Of a stretch of 64,000 bases of DNA, positions 50,327-62,014 are shown one piece after another. Position 1 is the stretch's first letter, and every line of letters begins with the position of its first letter. The notes beneath the pieces were generated by a model that was given only the letters and a program-made list of their open reading frames with translations, ran no database searches and was not told where the DNA came from. The stretch is taken from positions 1,240,001 through 1,304,000 of the forward strand of contig JAUFOQ010000016.1 in the NCBI GenBank assembly GCA_040285855.1, read 5' to 3'. The translations under genes and the position numbers were made by a program. This DNA is from Eukaryota sp. GEM-RC1 (taxonomy: Eukaryota).

Positions 50327-50545
50327 TTTTACAAACTTTTTAGTCTACCTTAACCAGTAGGCAGCATTTAGTGTTGATTTCCTTCTTAATTGAGGAGGAA
50401 TCATTGATCAAAATTTTTGAATAATATAGAAGATTAACTTTGCATCATCAACAGCTCAACACTGGTTACACTGCATCAACGTCGGATTCTAGTGTAAAGA
50501 TTAATCCTAACAGAAATTCGTTTGATCGTATGTCCATGTAGTTTA
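50327..50545 (+). ncRNA. Candidate Fanzor omegaRNA scaffold
   Basis: Directly 3' of the Fanzor stop; stems at 50343-50362, 50375-50403, 50408-50420 and 50432-50506 (enclosing 50467-50496); boundaries uncertain. Confidence 0.55.
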
Positions 50546-50721
50546 GTTTACTAGTCCCTATCTATATTTTTGTTGTTTGATTGTCTCAGCACATATCTCC
50601 CACCTCTATGATCATAAATTCTGTTTGATTGGGCAAAATGGATCTATGGATTTTATAAAAATGTGTCATGGTTAAGCATCCAAAAAGAAATTCACAGTAT
50701 CCAAAGTGTGAATGCTTTCCC

Positions 50722-51369
50722 ATGTACTTTGAGAAACAACGCGCTGCTCTTTGTGCAGTTCATGCAATCAACAATCTACTTCAACGACATGTATTTACTG
50801 AGTCTGATTTTGCTGAAATAGCTGCTGGTCTCTCTGCTACAGAATCTCAATTAGGAGCATCTGAACCAGTTTCATACCACGTCTCTCTTTCAGGTGACTT
50901 CTCTATTGAAGTCATAAATAAAGCCTTGGAATTCTTTGGTATTCAGCTGATCAATCTTAAGTCCTCTGAACCCACTGCCGTTTCCATTAGAAACAATCCA
51001 ACCAGTGCAGAAGCCTTCGTTTTGAATAGAAACACTGCTGATTCTGGGCACTGGCTCTCAATCAGATCTGTCAATGGCCAATTCATTGAACTAGATTCCC
51101 TGAAACCAACTCCCGTACCCATCAGTCACACTCTTCTCGAACTCACAATTGATCAGTACCTAAGAGAAGGCTACACTGTGTTTGTTTGTAACAGTCCACT
51201 TCCAAGTGATCATGACTTGGCAGCGTTTGAATCAAATCCACCTGATTCTTCTGATACTGAGTATATGACATCTGAAGAAGAACAACAACACGAACAACAA
51301 CAGAGGATGGTTGAACAAGAGCGAGCTGATTTTGCTGTTGCTATGGCACGATCAATGATGGAAAAATGA
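50722..51369 (+). CDS. ATXN3: Ataxin-3/Josephin deubiquitinase with C-terminal UIM
   Basis: YFEKQ..LCAVHAINNLLQ, GDFSIEVI, HWLSIR, LDSL, DFAVAMARSM. Confidence 0.9.
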   Translation: MYFEKQRAALCAVHAINNLLQRHVFTESDFAEIAAGLSATESQLGASEPVSYHVSLSGDFSIEVINKALEFFGIQLINLKSSEPTAVSIRNNPTSAEAFVLNRNTADSGHWLSIRSVNGQFIELDSLKPTPVPISHTLLELTIDQYLREGYTVFVCNSPLPSDHDLAAFESNPPDSSDTEYMTSEEEQQHEQQQRMVEQERADFAVAMARSMMEK

Positions 51370-51384
51370 ATAAAAGAGACCGTT

Positions 51385-54300
51385 TTAATCAAAAGACAAT
51401 AAATAAATTACAATCAAAAAATACACTAAATAGACAAAATTACAAAAAATCTCAAGTTGATCCACAACAAAAGACCTATCGACACTTCCCTCAAAATAAG
51501 CTCCACATCTATCACAACTACTGGCGTTATCTGACAAAACAATACAACTTCCAGTAATAGAGACCTGTACAGAATCCTGACATTGCGGACAGAAAGCGAA
51601 ATGATCAGAATCAAATAGAAGGGGATCATCGCATTGAGGACAATTGACAGAGAAAGAAGAAGTTGAATCAACTTGTGACAGCTCTTCAATCAAACCCTGA
51701 CACTTCTTTTCCACAGAGGAATTGTTTGTCTGATTGGCCAGAATAACAGCAGTCCGAAGCAGATCACGTGCTAATGACGGACAGATAGACGACAGCTTAC
51801 GTCCAGCAATGGAGAGCAAGACGCAACGATGTTTCGGGAGGATGTCGGGAATAGTGGAATATATTGATCGTTCCAAGAACTGTGGATCCAATGGTTTTAG
51901 AGAAATAAGAATATTTAAAACTGTTAGATAGCCACCAACCAACGAAACGTCATCATCTTCGTACAGCTCATCTAACAATCCCCTTTTAAGCAAACTCTTG
52001 GACTCAATGAATTGTCCTTTCTCCAGTAGGGAGAACACTGGTTTTAGGAACGACCCTGCAGCAACAACTGGTGTAGTTGAGATGGAACGTCGTAAGGGAA
52101 CTGGAGAGACAAAGGAATCTAAAGCAAAGTCTTCATCGTTATGGGATTCGACTTCTTCAATCATGTTGAGCTCGACTTTAATCACTGGTTCGTCATCACT
52201 ATCAGAAACATCATCATGATCTTCAACGATCTCTTCTTCAGGGGCAACCATGCACCCTAGTGAATCTATTGAATTTCCATCTTCATCTGTTCTAACTACC
52301 ATTGGAGGAAGTTGTAAAAGACTCGATTTGATATCAGTTTTTGCCATCTCCTGCAGCATCATGTTTCTAAAGGAAAACCTTGGAAAAGTAAACGATAAAG
52401 ACTCTACACACGAATCACTCTCCAATAAGTAAATCAACTCTTCATCTTTCTGTTGAGAAGAACATTCCAAACCAGTACTGGAGAACAGATCAACCATTAG
52501 AGGATCCTTGCATTGAGACAAGAAGTGGTTTGCAAGAGACTTTAAGGAGGAGTTAGAAGGATCTGAAACGAAAAGAGCGAAGACTCCTTCAAAGAACTTT
52601 CGTTTCCCCATGGCATAACAGGAAGTTTTAGTTTTAGTGAGTTTGAGTGCATGCAAAGAGACGAGTTCGAGACATTTGTCAGCGGTTTCAGAGGTTAAAA
52701 AACTAGAAAAATTAAGGAGATAACGAAGAGCAACTTGGAGCTGATCAATCAAACATAATGCAGTTACTATTTTAAGCAACAGCTCAGGATTGGAAACTAG
52801 CACGTTCTCAAGCACATCTTCTTGCAGTGACTCTAACAATGATGAGGAAACCCCAGAACATTTATTCTGAGCTAAAACCAAAGCAGTTTCAATCAGTCGA
52901 TGACAAGGAATTTGATCAATTCTACCAATAAAAGACAATACATCAGTTACTAGAGAAGGATTGGTGAAAGAGTAGAGCTCAAGCAAATGAGGAAGGAAGG
53001 AATAGGGAGTGGTCGTGATTGAGATGTCGATTACTGGGGACTGTGTTAGTAGGAAACCTTCCGCAATCAAGATTCGATCAAAAGGATAGAGATCACGTGT
53101 CCCTGATTGATTGTAATGAGCTTTTCTATTTTAGTAGATGAGTCTGAGTGTAGTAGATACACCGCATTAGAAGTCGAAAGTAAAAGCAAAGGTCCTAACC
53201 AATTAAGAGAAGGTGACAATAGGTCAAAATCAAGTGAGAATTGATTAGTGATTGAACACGAGGAGTCAGAAAACTCCAACACAAACACTGAATTCAAAAC
53301 TAAAAGAGCGGCAACCGATTCATCCTGCCAAATCAAGAAAGGTCTCGAACTAGTAGCAATAAGCTCAGGATCAGAAATAGAAAAACACAATTGGAAGAAC
53401 TTTCCACTTCCATCATCAGCCCCAGAATTCTCGAATTGAACTCCGGTTAAAGTACAATCACCAGAATGTAACTCAATAGAGAGGTAAAGAGCAAAACAAA
53501 CTGAAGAGAAAGGAGGAAGTAAGAAGTGGATAAGTGAATCACTTTGATCTGTAAGGTTAGATATTGAATGAGAAGAAACTGAAAGGGAATAGAGATCAGT
53601 CTGATTGAATGAGTTGTAATCAGAAGTACTGACAGCAACATCACTATTACAATCAAAAGCAATTGATTGATTACCAGAAACACTATGAATAACAGAAATC
53701 GAGTCATCTTGTAACTCAAGAATAGAAAGGTTTACAGTAGAAACATCTGTCCGATGTATTAGAGCTATTCTATTGGGAGGGCAATGCTTGAGAGCTAGAA
53801 CATTACCACAAAAGAAAGGAACTTGCCAATGTTTGTTCGACGCATCCTTGTCAAGAGAGACGTCAGTGATGTGACCGTTGGAGATAGTGAAAAGCCGACC
53901 ATCAATGACGTGAGATGAAGAGGGAGGGGAGAGAGAGGGGAGGAGCAGACGAGTGGCGGGAATGGGAAGCTGGTAGGAGAAGACAAATGCGGAATGTGGG
54001 ACAAATAGGTATGGAGCTGATGGAGAGAAGGAGGGTGCAGGGAAAGAATGAGAAGGGGTTCCTGTGAGGTGATCGAGATTAGTAACACTCCAAGAGAATA
54101 GAGATGATGAAACAATAGGAGAGGGAGTAAGATCAAGACAGAGAGTGAAGGGAGACTGGTAGAGTGGAAAGATTAGGAGGAAGAAGGCGTTTGAGTAGGG
54201 GTGAGTAGTGATGAGAGTGGACTGTACACATGATTTTGATGGAACCTTTGCTATTTCTTTAAGAGAGAAGTCCGAGGGAGAGGAACAGGTGGACGCTAGA

Positions 54301-55100
54301 GTGAGGACAAGAACAGTTCCGTCAGAGAAGGAGACTGCAATGAGACCTTTGATTGTGGGATCTGATGATGGCATCGGGCAGGGTAGAGCTGATACATGGG
54401 TGACAGTGGCTTTGGTGGAAATTCCGTTTAGTTTAGCTGTGGTAAGCAAACACATGATGGAGAAAGGACACACAACGATACGTAAGAAGAGGGGTGGGGT
54501 TAGGAGAAACAAGAGAAGAGAAGTTCCAAAGACGTAGTGTACCATTCTTAGAAGTGGAAACAATCATATCGGAGAAGAAAGTAATGTTATTGGTGGATCG
54601 TCGGTGCAGTTTTACAGTTAGATCATGACTAGGACCACGTATGGACACTTTGCCAGAGTTTTGAATGAAAAAACAGCATCCATTTGGATGATGAGCAGCA
54701 AAAATGGCGGGTTTGGAAAAGGATTTGGTATCAGAAAGTAGTGGTTCTAGAGTAAGAGAAGACTGTGAGAACTGTAGAAGTTTTCCAGTACTTGTTGCTA
54801 AATCATAAGTACCAGGAACAGTGCCATTAGAAACACTAATGACATCATCGTACAAGTCTATTAGATGTGTACAAGTTCTTTTCAAAGGAGAGACTTTGAA
54901 TAGTGCCTTATTACTGCTAATCAAGAGTTCTGAATGGGGTAACCAGCAAATTGCAGTAGGAGCTAAGGAATTTGACGGTAGACCATCAAGAACAATTGCA
55001 GAAAAAAGACTGCATTGGGAAATGGGAGAGAAGCACAGCAACAGAAGTTGATTGTTGGAACCAAAATTTTGAAGAATTCAATTCATTCATTACAAGAGCC
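51385..55100 (-). CDS. Large hypothetical protein (beta-propeller-like N-half, helical region, Cys-rich C-terminus), frame-broken
   Basis: Consecutive ORFs 54433-55041, 53067-54563 and 51385-53070; WD-like STSKNGTLRLWN; start uncertain. Confidence 0.55.
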
Positions 55101-55789
55101 TATCTGTTTAAGTTTCTGATTGATTTTACGTCACAAATTTTCGTGTATTTGAACAATAAAACTCTTGACAGATCAGCAATAAATTTAGCATGTATTTTGC
55201 AGTTTTCATACGGCGGAGGCACGAGAGGATATATTTTTTAAGGAGTCTCGTTTAAGTGAGCAGGGAACACTAACTCCAACATTTTGAGGGACAATGGTTA
55301 CACCAAATTTTGGACAGATTGAAACAGTCCTACTCACACTGAAAGATAATATCTAATTTAATCTTGATTCAATAAGCATGATAGTTGGTGAATCTTCCAT
55401 TTGAGAATGAATTGGTTGTTGTTGCAAAACCAGTTTTGTTGCATTATGTGTAAAAATAGTGAGTGTTATTTTATCGGCAATGATTTTTGTTTGTTGTATT
55501 GTCATAATGTCTGTCATTTGAGTTCAGTTGGAGGGTTAACTGAACTACAATGAAAATTAGATTCTTTTCCTCACACTTCTTTGATTCTACATTGTCATAA
55601 TTTCTTCTAATGAATGACGATGTCAACAATGGTATTGACATTATTTCGGATGTTTCTGATGATGATGGACAATAGAATATGTGGGCTTGTTTGTGACAAA
55701 TACACATTATGATCAATACCGTTGCAATATTGAAATAGTGCAATATTGATTGGCGCTATTGCAGAATTGCAATATTTATAGAAATAAAA

Positions 55790-56165
55790 AAACGGATTTA
55801 TGTGCGGAGAAAAACACATAATAAGAAAACAACAAATAAATAAACACTATTAAAAGAAATTGTCAAACGAACTACCTAATTCCGAAAAGTAGTTGCCTCC
55901 AAACAACTTGGACAAAATGGAATCAACATATCTATGCATGGACCTAAAAATCGAAAAAGCAAATTTACCCTTCCAGTACGATCTGTTAAACTTCTTGCCA
56001 AATTCTGAACACAAATTTTCAAATAAATGTAAAAACTCATTGGTAGAAGAACCGAAATTTCCGTACAAAGAAACTGCAAAAGGCTGAAAGACGATATTAT
56101 TGTGTCTTCGTGAATTCAATGCAGCAACTTGATGTGCGTACTTAGACACTTTGGCGTTCTCAGCG
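55790..56165 (-). pseudogene. 3' fragment of an RLE non-LTR element inside a hAT-MITE copy
   Basis: AENAKVSKY..FQPFAVSLYG..WKGKFAFSIFR; flanks resemble 29650-30076, with TIR end TGTTTTCAGACCCCTG at ~56217. Confidence 0.7.
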
Positions 56166-56499
56166 TCTTTCAGCGGAAATACGTTTATATTTATTGCGAT
56201 ATTGTTTTCAGACCCCTGTTGATGAATTTCCATTTTTGCTGAACATGTTGAGAAACTGGTCATTTACGTGACGATTGTCGAAGAAAAAGTCAATCTGATT
56301 AACTTTACAGACAATGTTTTATTACAAAAGTTGGGTTTATTGTTTATGTACATGAGTAAAGGCGAGACGTTTTTATGTCGTGCAATTCTTAGGAAGAAGA
56401 AAACTGATGATCAAACAAAGTAGAGCGCTCCAGTTTCTGGAAGTCGGAAATTCAAACTAGAAGCCTAGACGAACTTTCTCTCCCCAGTAACACATCAAC

Positions 56500-57148
56500 A
56501 ATGGTTATTCTATTTGGCAGATTCGATCTCACCGCTAACACATTGATGTTCATCGTCTCCCTTTATGTGACATCGGTGTGTTTTTGTTTTTTCACTGGCT
56601 GCTGGTCTCTATCAGCTCGCCATTCTCGCCGAGGACTACAATTTTATAGCACGTAAAGTAGTCCGATATCTGGTGATCGGCTCCACCTTTGTAATTTTCT
56701 ACTCTTGGATCTTCCAGAGAGTCTCTTTCACTTATATTGTCCTACCCTTGGTTGCAAGGGCTATATATGTTTCGATTATCAAGGGATCCACTCTACTCAA
56801 TTACCAATCCCTTAAACCACTTGCTGCTGCTATACTTTTAGTCATCAATTGTATACGTTGGTACCACTTCTATCGTACCCGTTTCTACAGCCAAGTATTG
56901 GAGGCTGTTGTCTATCTTTTGCAGTGGAACTTCTACCCGCTTTTGCTCTATTGACCACTTTGTCAGTGAACGAGCCTTTGCTTCCTGGAGCAATGCCGGA
57001 TGAAGATTCTCAACGATCTCACAGAATTCCCTTAATCGTAGATACTTTAAGAAAGGTGTCTGACTTTTTATTAACTAAAATGAATCCGGTCCTTGTCAAG
57101 TTGAACCTAACACAACGTCGAAGTGCTGGTTCAAATCTCTTAATGTAA
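56500..57148 (+). CDS. Hypothetical multi-pass membrane protein, frame-broken or intron-containing
   Basis: Hydrophobic ORF segments 56673-56954 and 56849-57148. Confidence 0.4.
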
Positions 57149-57209
57149 ACTTCCTATAGAGATTTTAACAAATAAAATCTAATTTTTGATCAACATATAA
57201 TGTACTGTA

Positions 57210-57719
57210 CTATATGAATTTGGGGATTTCGATATCACCAGTCGCAAATGGATTAGCATGTACAACTATACGAGTTACTTTGGGAGGTTGTAACGGTCGA
57301 TAATCTGTATCTATTTCAAGACGTTCAAACTCCTGTAAAGTGTTATCCCCATCAATAAGGTGACCAATTATAGAAGAAGAATCAAGATCAAGTAATGCTG
57401 CTAAAGTGATGTAAAACTGTGATCCTGCTTGCTTATTTTCATCAAGTACAAGAGCAATAACACCACGAGAATCATGGCTAAGTGTCTGAGTGGGAGAAGG
57501 TGTGAACGACTTACGAACAATGGAAGAACCTGTTCTACCTGAAACAGACTCTGTGTCTCCACCTTGTATAATAAAACCAGGAACACAACGATGAAAAATA
57601 GAATTAATGTAGGCTCCTTCAGCACAAAGTGCCAAGAAATTGAAACAAGCTACAGGAGATATATCAGCAAAGAGTTCTATCTTGAGTGATCCCAAAGTTG
57701 TGAACACAGTTACACTCAT
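57210..57719 (-). CDS. Cyclophilin-type PPIase (PPIL3-like, divergent)
   Basis: MSVTVFTTLGSLKIELF, NFLALCA, FHRCVPGFIIQGGD, GSQFYIT, HANPFA. Confidence 0.88.
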   Translation of the reverse strand: MSVTVFTTLGSLKIELFADISPVACFNFLALCAEGAYINSIFHRCVPGFIIQGGDTESVSGRTGSSIVRKSFTPSPTQTLSHDSRGVIALVLDENKQAGSQFYITLAALLDLDSSSIIGHLIDGDNTLQEFERLEIDTDYRPLQPPKVTRIVVHANPFATGDIEIPKFI

Positions 57720-57742
57720 TAACAGAAGAACTGGAATTTTCT

Positions 57743-58403
57743 CAGTGTTGCGTCATTGTTTGCCATACACGTATGGACTCCCATACGTCCATACGCCCAT
57801 ACGCGTATGGCATTTTCTGTTTTTGCCATACGCATTTTGTCTACATGTATCTTTTTTTGAACTTCTTCGACGCAGAGACTCTATGACATGTTTATAATTA
57901 TGTAGATAAATATACTTTATTGAAAATCAAACCTCCACATCATCCATCTCATTGGAAAAATTATCACCATCATGATACCATCTATGCTTCCATTGCTGGA
58001 TGTCTTTGAACTGAGTTTCATTGATGTGTATAGAAACCAGTTTTTGGCGCGTTCTATTTTCAGTCTTTTTTTGATCTCATCTCACGTGTTTTAAAAATAG
58101 TTCTATAAAGGAAAAAAACTACAAAAAAATCTGTTTCGCCGTTTGTTGTGAATAAATGAGTACGTCCTCAAACTCTGTCACACGATTCTACAGAGCATAC
58201 TTGTTTTACTAATTTGATGACAAATTGAAGTGTATGAGATGGTACTTAGACATTGTGAAGCAAAGAGATGTCGGAAAGATTCTGCTAGACATGGCTTGAT
58301 GGCCATTGTCAGCCATTCTGCCATTCTGCCATTCTACCATACATCCATACGCCCATACGCGTATGGCAAATTTAATTTAGGTTATGGCTTAAGCGCAACA
58401 CTG
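57743..58403. mobile_element. hAT-type MITE with CCATAC/GTATGG subterminal repeats
   Basis: TIR CAGTGTTGCG / CGCAACACTG; perfect TSD AATTTTCT at 57735-57742 and 58404-58411. Confidence 0.85.
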
Positions 58404-58462
58404 AATTTTCTTCTACAAGAACAGGTTATTGTTCTGCCTTATCAGGACACAGATACTGTACA

Positions 58463-59635
58463 AATGCTCGCTCGCTACATTTCAGCTGACAACCAGCTTC
58501 GTAAGCTTAATTTAAACAATCTCTTCTCATCTTCTTTGTCTTTTAATAATGTTCAAGACTTCAATCATAGTCTAAAGCAGCTTATTGAACACTTACAACA
58601 AACAGATCCCACCTTTTCCCATAAATACGCCCTCACTGTTCTCCACAGAATTCACCACTCAGAACTGGATCAATTAAGATCAAAATGGACTAACGCACTT
58701 CATTGTTTTTCTTCTCAATCATTGGCCAAAGAATTGAAATCTGCTGAACAACATTATAAACAATCACTGCAAAAGAATGCAAGTGATGCTGTTGTTCGTA
58801 AATACCTTTACAGTATGATATGCTCGCCAAACTTGTTCCCCAGTATTCTCTCTTTCAAGAAGTCGATCAGCAATTGAATGACTTCAAACAAAGCGTGGGA
58901 ATTCTGGAACATGAAGAAGCACTGGATGTTCTGTCATGTCAAGCTACCCCAAAAGTTATTAATTCTGGACATGTTAATGATGTAATATCTGCTTTTGTGG
59001 TATTTGATTATTTTAAAGCTCCGTGTCCTTCAAATCTGACTATTCTTTCTGATGTTCAAATAGGCAAAATCTCATTTGATAGACTATTGGTTCAACTTCA
59101 TCAACGTCATGGACAGATATTTGCTCATGTTGTTTGTTCAATCGAACTCGTGCATGATCCCAACTTAATAGGAAAGCGTTTTTCTCAAAGGCAACAACAA
59201 CTCAAGTGGCTTAAAGGCAACCACAGTGGTGTTGAAAATCTGTTCAAATGCAGTGTTTTCCCTGAAGGAGTGTTTACTTCAAGTCAAACACTACACGATT
59301 CAATGGAAATCAATTTCACCTCCGAATCGTTCTCCACTTCCTTTTCATTTCACTCTGTTCATCAGTGTTACTTACATGATATCTACTTTTTCACCCCCAA
59401 CTCTGAAATTCTTTCACTTGATAATGATCTTGTAGAATACCTCAAAAATAGACTGTGCGGAGATGTTTATATTAATAATCAGGAGTCGATAACCCATTTG
59501 ATGACGGATCTTGAGAAGAAACGATCTAAAGCCCCGTCATCTCAAGATGTTCTTCAAATGAAACTAGACTGTGCCCCAAATGAAATAATAATTGTTGAGG
59601 CATTGATAAAACAAAATGTTTCTCATGAAAACTAA
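58463..59635 (+). CDS. Hypothetical protein, one frame break near 58820
   Basis: Joins the host part of ORF 58230-58877 (from MLARYIS) to 58820-59635. Confidence 0.5.
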
Positions 59636-59639
59636 ATGA

Positions 59640-60566
59640 CTAGCTCAGAGAAAGCTTCTTCTTGATAAACAAAAGATAACCTGTGTGAAAACGATCTGTA
59701 GGTGATTTCTTATGGACAAAGTACTCATCTTGGATTCTAGTAATGGAAACGTCATCAGAAAGTTCTTCAATTAACTTAGATGTTCGTTCAGACAGTCTAC
59801 AGCTTTTCTTGTTGGTTAAGGGTTTAAGATCATAAGGGAAACATTGCACGGCTATAACCTCATGATCAAAGAATCCTTGATGTTCAGATAATGCAGAAAC
59901 TGTACGCTGCACTTGCTCCATTGAAGGTGAAAAGGAACAGAAGATGCCGTGATCACGAAGTACCTCGTGAACATGGTTGATGCAGAGCCAAGGAGATGGT
60001 ACGTCCAGGAAGAGAGCATCAGCTTGACCAACAGATAAATGATTGTCGAGGAGGAAGCCATTTTCAATGACATCTCGATGTCCTGAAAAGACTATATCAC
60101 TAAGTCCGTGGTCCTGAAATTCTTGCAGTGCTTGAGCAGCTCTGCCTTCATGGAATTCGTAAGTAAACACACGGCCAGATGGAGCGACTGCTCTGGCTAA
60201 CGAATGTGTCAGGGAACCAGAACCTGTTCCTGCTTCAACAGCAACACTGCCGGGAAGGAGATTCAGTCTGTCAATGATGATGGAAATGTCTGGAGTGTAC
60301 ATTATTTGAGTTCTATGTGACAGAGTAAGAGTCCATAGTTCAGGACTCATTTGGAGAACTCGTGCAAAGTATTGTTTTTTTGAGGCATTAGAGATGAGAG
60401 TTCCGTATTCTCTTCCGATCATATCATCATGACGAAATAGACCTCTAACTGTCTGGATGAAGTGACCTGGACTGATGGTAAGAGGGTACATTTGTCCTCT
60501 TGAGAGAAATAGGACAACATGGTCTCCATCCGTAATTATATTATCATTATAAGTAAGAAAGTCCAT
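59640..60566 (-). CDS. TRM61: tRNA (adenine58-N1) methyltransferase catalytic subunit
   Basis: ELWTLTLSHRTQIMY, EAGTGSGS, FLDVPSPW, SFSPSMEQV, HTGYL. Confidence 0.95.
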   Translation of the reverse strand: MDFLTYNDNIITDGDHVVLFLSRGQMYPLTISPGHFIQTVRGLFRHDDMIGREYGTLISNASKKQYFARVLQMSPELWTLTLSHRTQIMYTPDISIIIDRLNLLPGSVAVEAGTGSGSLTHSLARAVAPSGRVFTYEFHEGRAAQALQEFQDHGLSDIVFSGHRDVIENGFLLDNHLSVGQADALFLDVPSPWLCINHVHEVLRDHGIFCSFSPSMEQVQRTVSALSEHQGFFDHEVIAVQCFPYDLKPLTNKKSCRLSERTSKLIEELSDDVSITRIQDEYFVHKKSPTDRFHTGYLLFIKKKLSLS

Positions 60567-60909
60567 GTGAAGAGTGGAAGAGGTGTAGTTGGGGTTGAAG
60601 ATTGTTGATCAAAAAAGTCAATTTGGGTTTCCGAATATTGTTTCTACAATATTGTATTACAATTGAAACAGTGTATAATATATGTATTACAATTTTAACG
60701 GTGTTGTCTCGTGTAGACAAGTCCTCTGTTAGATTTTGTTATATTCGTTCACAAAAGTAGTAGGATAAGACTGGAGTTGTTTCAAGACTTTCTTGTACAC
60801 AGAAATGTTGTAAAAAGCCAAAGTGTAAATCCTATTTTCGAAACAATAAGAAATCCACTCACTTGTAGTGATCACGCGAAAATACTATGAATTTAAGGAA
60901 ATTTAGAAA

Positions 60910-61278
60910 AAAGCGGACTTATGTGCGAAGAAAAAAACAACAAATAAATAAAGACTATTAAAACAAATTATCAAACGAACTACCTAATTCCGTAAAGTAA
61001 TTCCCTCCAAACAACTTGGACAAAATAAAATCAACACATCTATACATAGATCTAAAAATCGCAAATGCAAAGTTACTCTTCCAGTACGATCTGTTAAACT
61101 TCTTGCCAAATTCTGAACACAAATTTTCAAATAAATTTAAAGACTCCATGGTAGAAGAACCGAAATTTCCGTACAAAGGAACTGCAAAAGGCTGACAGAC
61201 GATAATATTGTGTCTTCGTCAATTCAATGCAGCAACTTGATGTACGTACAGTACTTAGACACTTTAGCGTTCTCAACG
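60910..61278 (-). pseudogene. 3' fragment of an RLE non-LTR element, paralog of 55790-56165
   Basis: Near-identical YGNFGSST..LFENLCSEFGKKFNRSYWK and shared 3' UTR. Confidence 0.75.
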
Positions 61279-61324
61279 AATTTACATATCTAGACTGTAC
61301 TTTTCTTTGTCAAATCTTCTTCAA

Positions 61325-62014
61325 ATGTCACTTGTTAAACTTGATATCACTCACAATGTTCTTCCTCAACGTTTTGCTGAGATTCGCTTTGAACTCAGCC
61401 TGACCATTAAAGACCTTAAAGAAAGACTTCACAAACACACAGGAACTCTCCCAGAATCAATGAAAGTCCAACTGCTTGACTTGGAGGGAACTCATCTATG
61501 TAATCTTGACGATGATGACCTACAACTTGGTTTCTTCGGTGTTGAGAATGACATGACACTCCATGTTATTGATGTAAATCCATCCTCTCAAGTCATTGAC
61601 CTTAATGACGTATCAAAAGTAGAAAAGTTTGAACTTTCCGAAGAACAGTATAGTAAACGTCAAGATTCTTTCAGAAAATGGAAACAAAACAATACCACAT
61701 GTTGTACCTCTTGTACGTCTTGCTCTAAACCAGCGCCCAAGGACTATACAGAGGCCCTCAGTAAGATTGAAGTCGGTAATCGCTGTGAAGTTCAATTAGG
61801 AGCAAAACGAGGAACTGTCCGTTATGTTGGTAGTGTTAATGGCGACGGTCCTTTTGTTGGTGTTGAACTTGATGAACCGCTGGGCAAAAATGATGGTTCT
61901 GTGAAAGGGGTTGAGTATTTTTCTTGTGCTGCGAAGTATGGACTTTTTGTACGGCCTGACAAGCTGAATATGGGAGATTTTCCAAAGTTCGATGATTCAG
62001 ATCTTTCTGATTAG
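61325..62014 (+). CDS. TBCB: Tubulin-folding cofactor B (Ubl + CAP-Gly)
   Basis: VEKFELSEEQYSKRQDSFRKWK; GVELDEPLGKNDGSVKGVEYF. Confidence 0.93.
   Translation: MSLVKLDITHNVLPQRFAEIRFELSLTIKDLKERLHKHTGTLPESMKVQLLDLEGTHLCNLDDDDLQLGFFGVENDMTLHVIDVNPSSQVIDLNDVSKVEKFELSEEQYSKRQDSFRKWKQNNTTCCTSCTSCSKPAPKDYTEALSKIEVGNRCEVQLGAKRGTVRYVGSVNGDGPFVGVELDEPLGKNDGSVKGVEYFSCAAKYGLFVRPDKLNMGDFPKFDDSDLSD

Noticed and set aside
3641..59000. Euplotes-like programmed frameshifting as the explanation for many split host genes
   Set aside because: Breaks go in both directions and are best repaired at short base runs rather than at stop codons (extra A ~9132, extra C ~5490, missing T ~37650, recurrent TGA->TGGA at ~3655, ~9911 and ~11720). 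This pattern fits long-read consensus errors; read or RNA-seq mapping would settle it.
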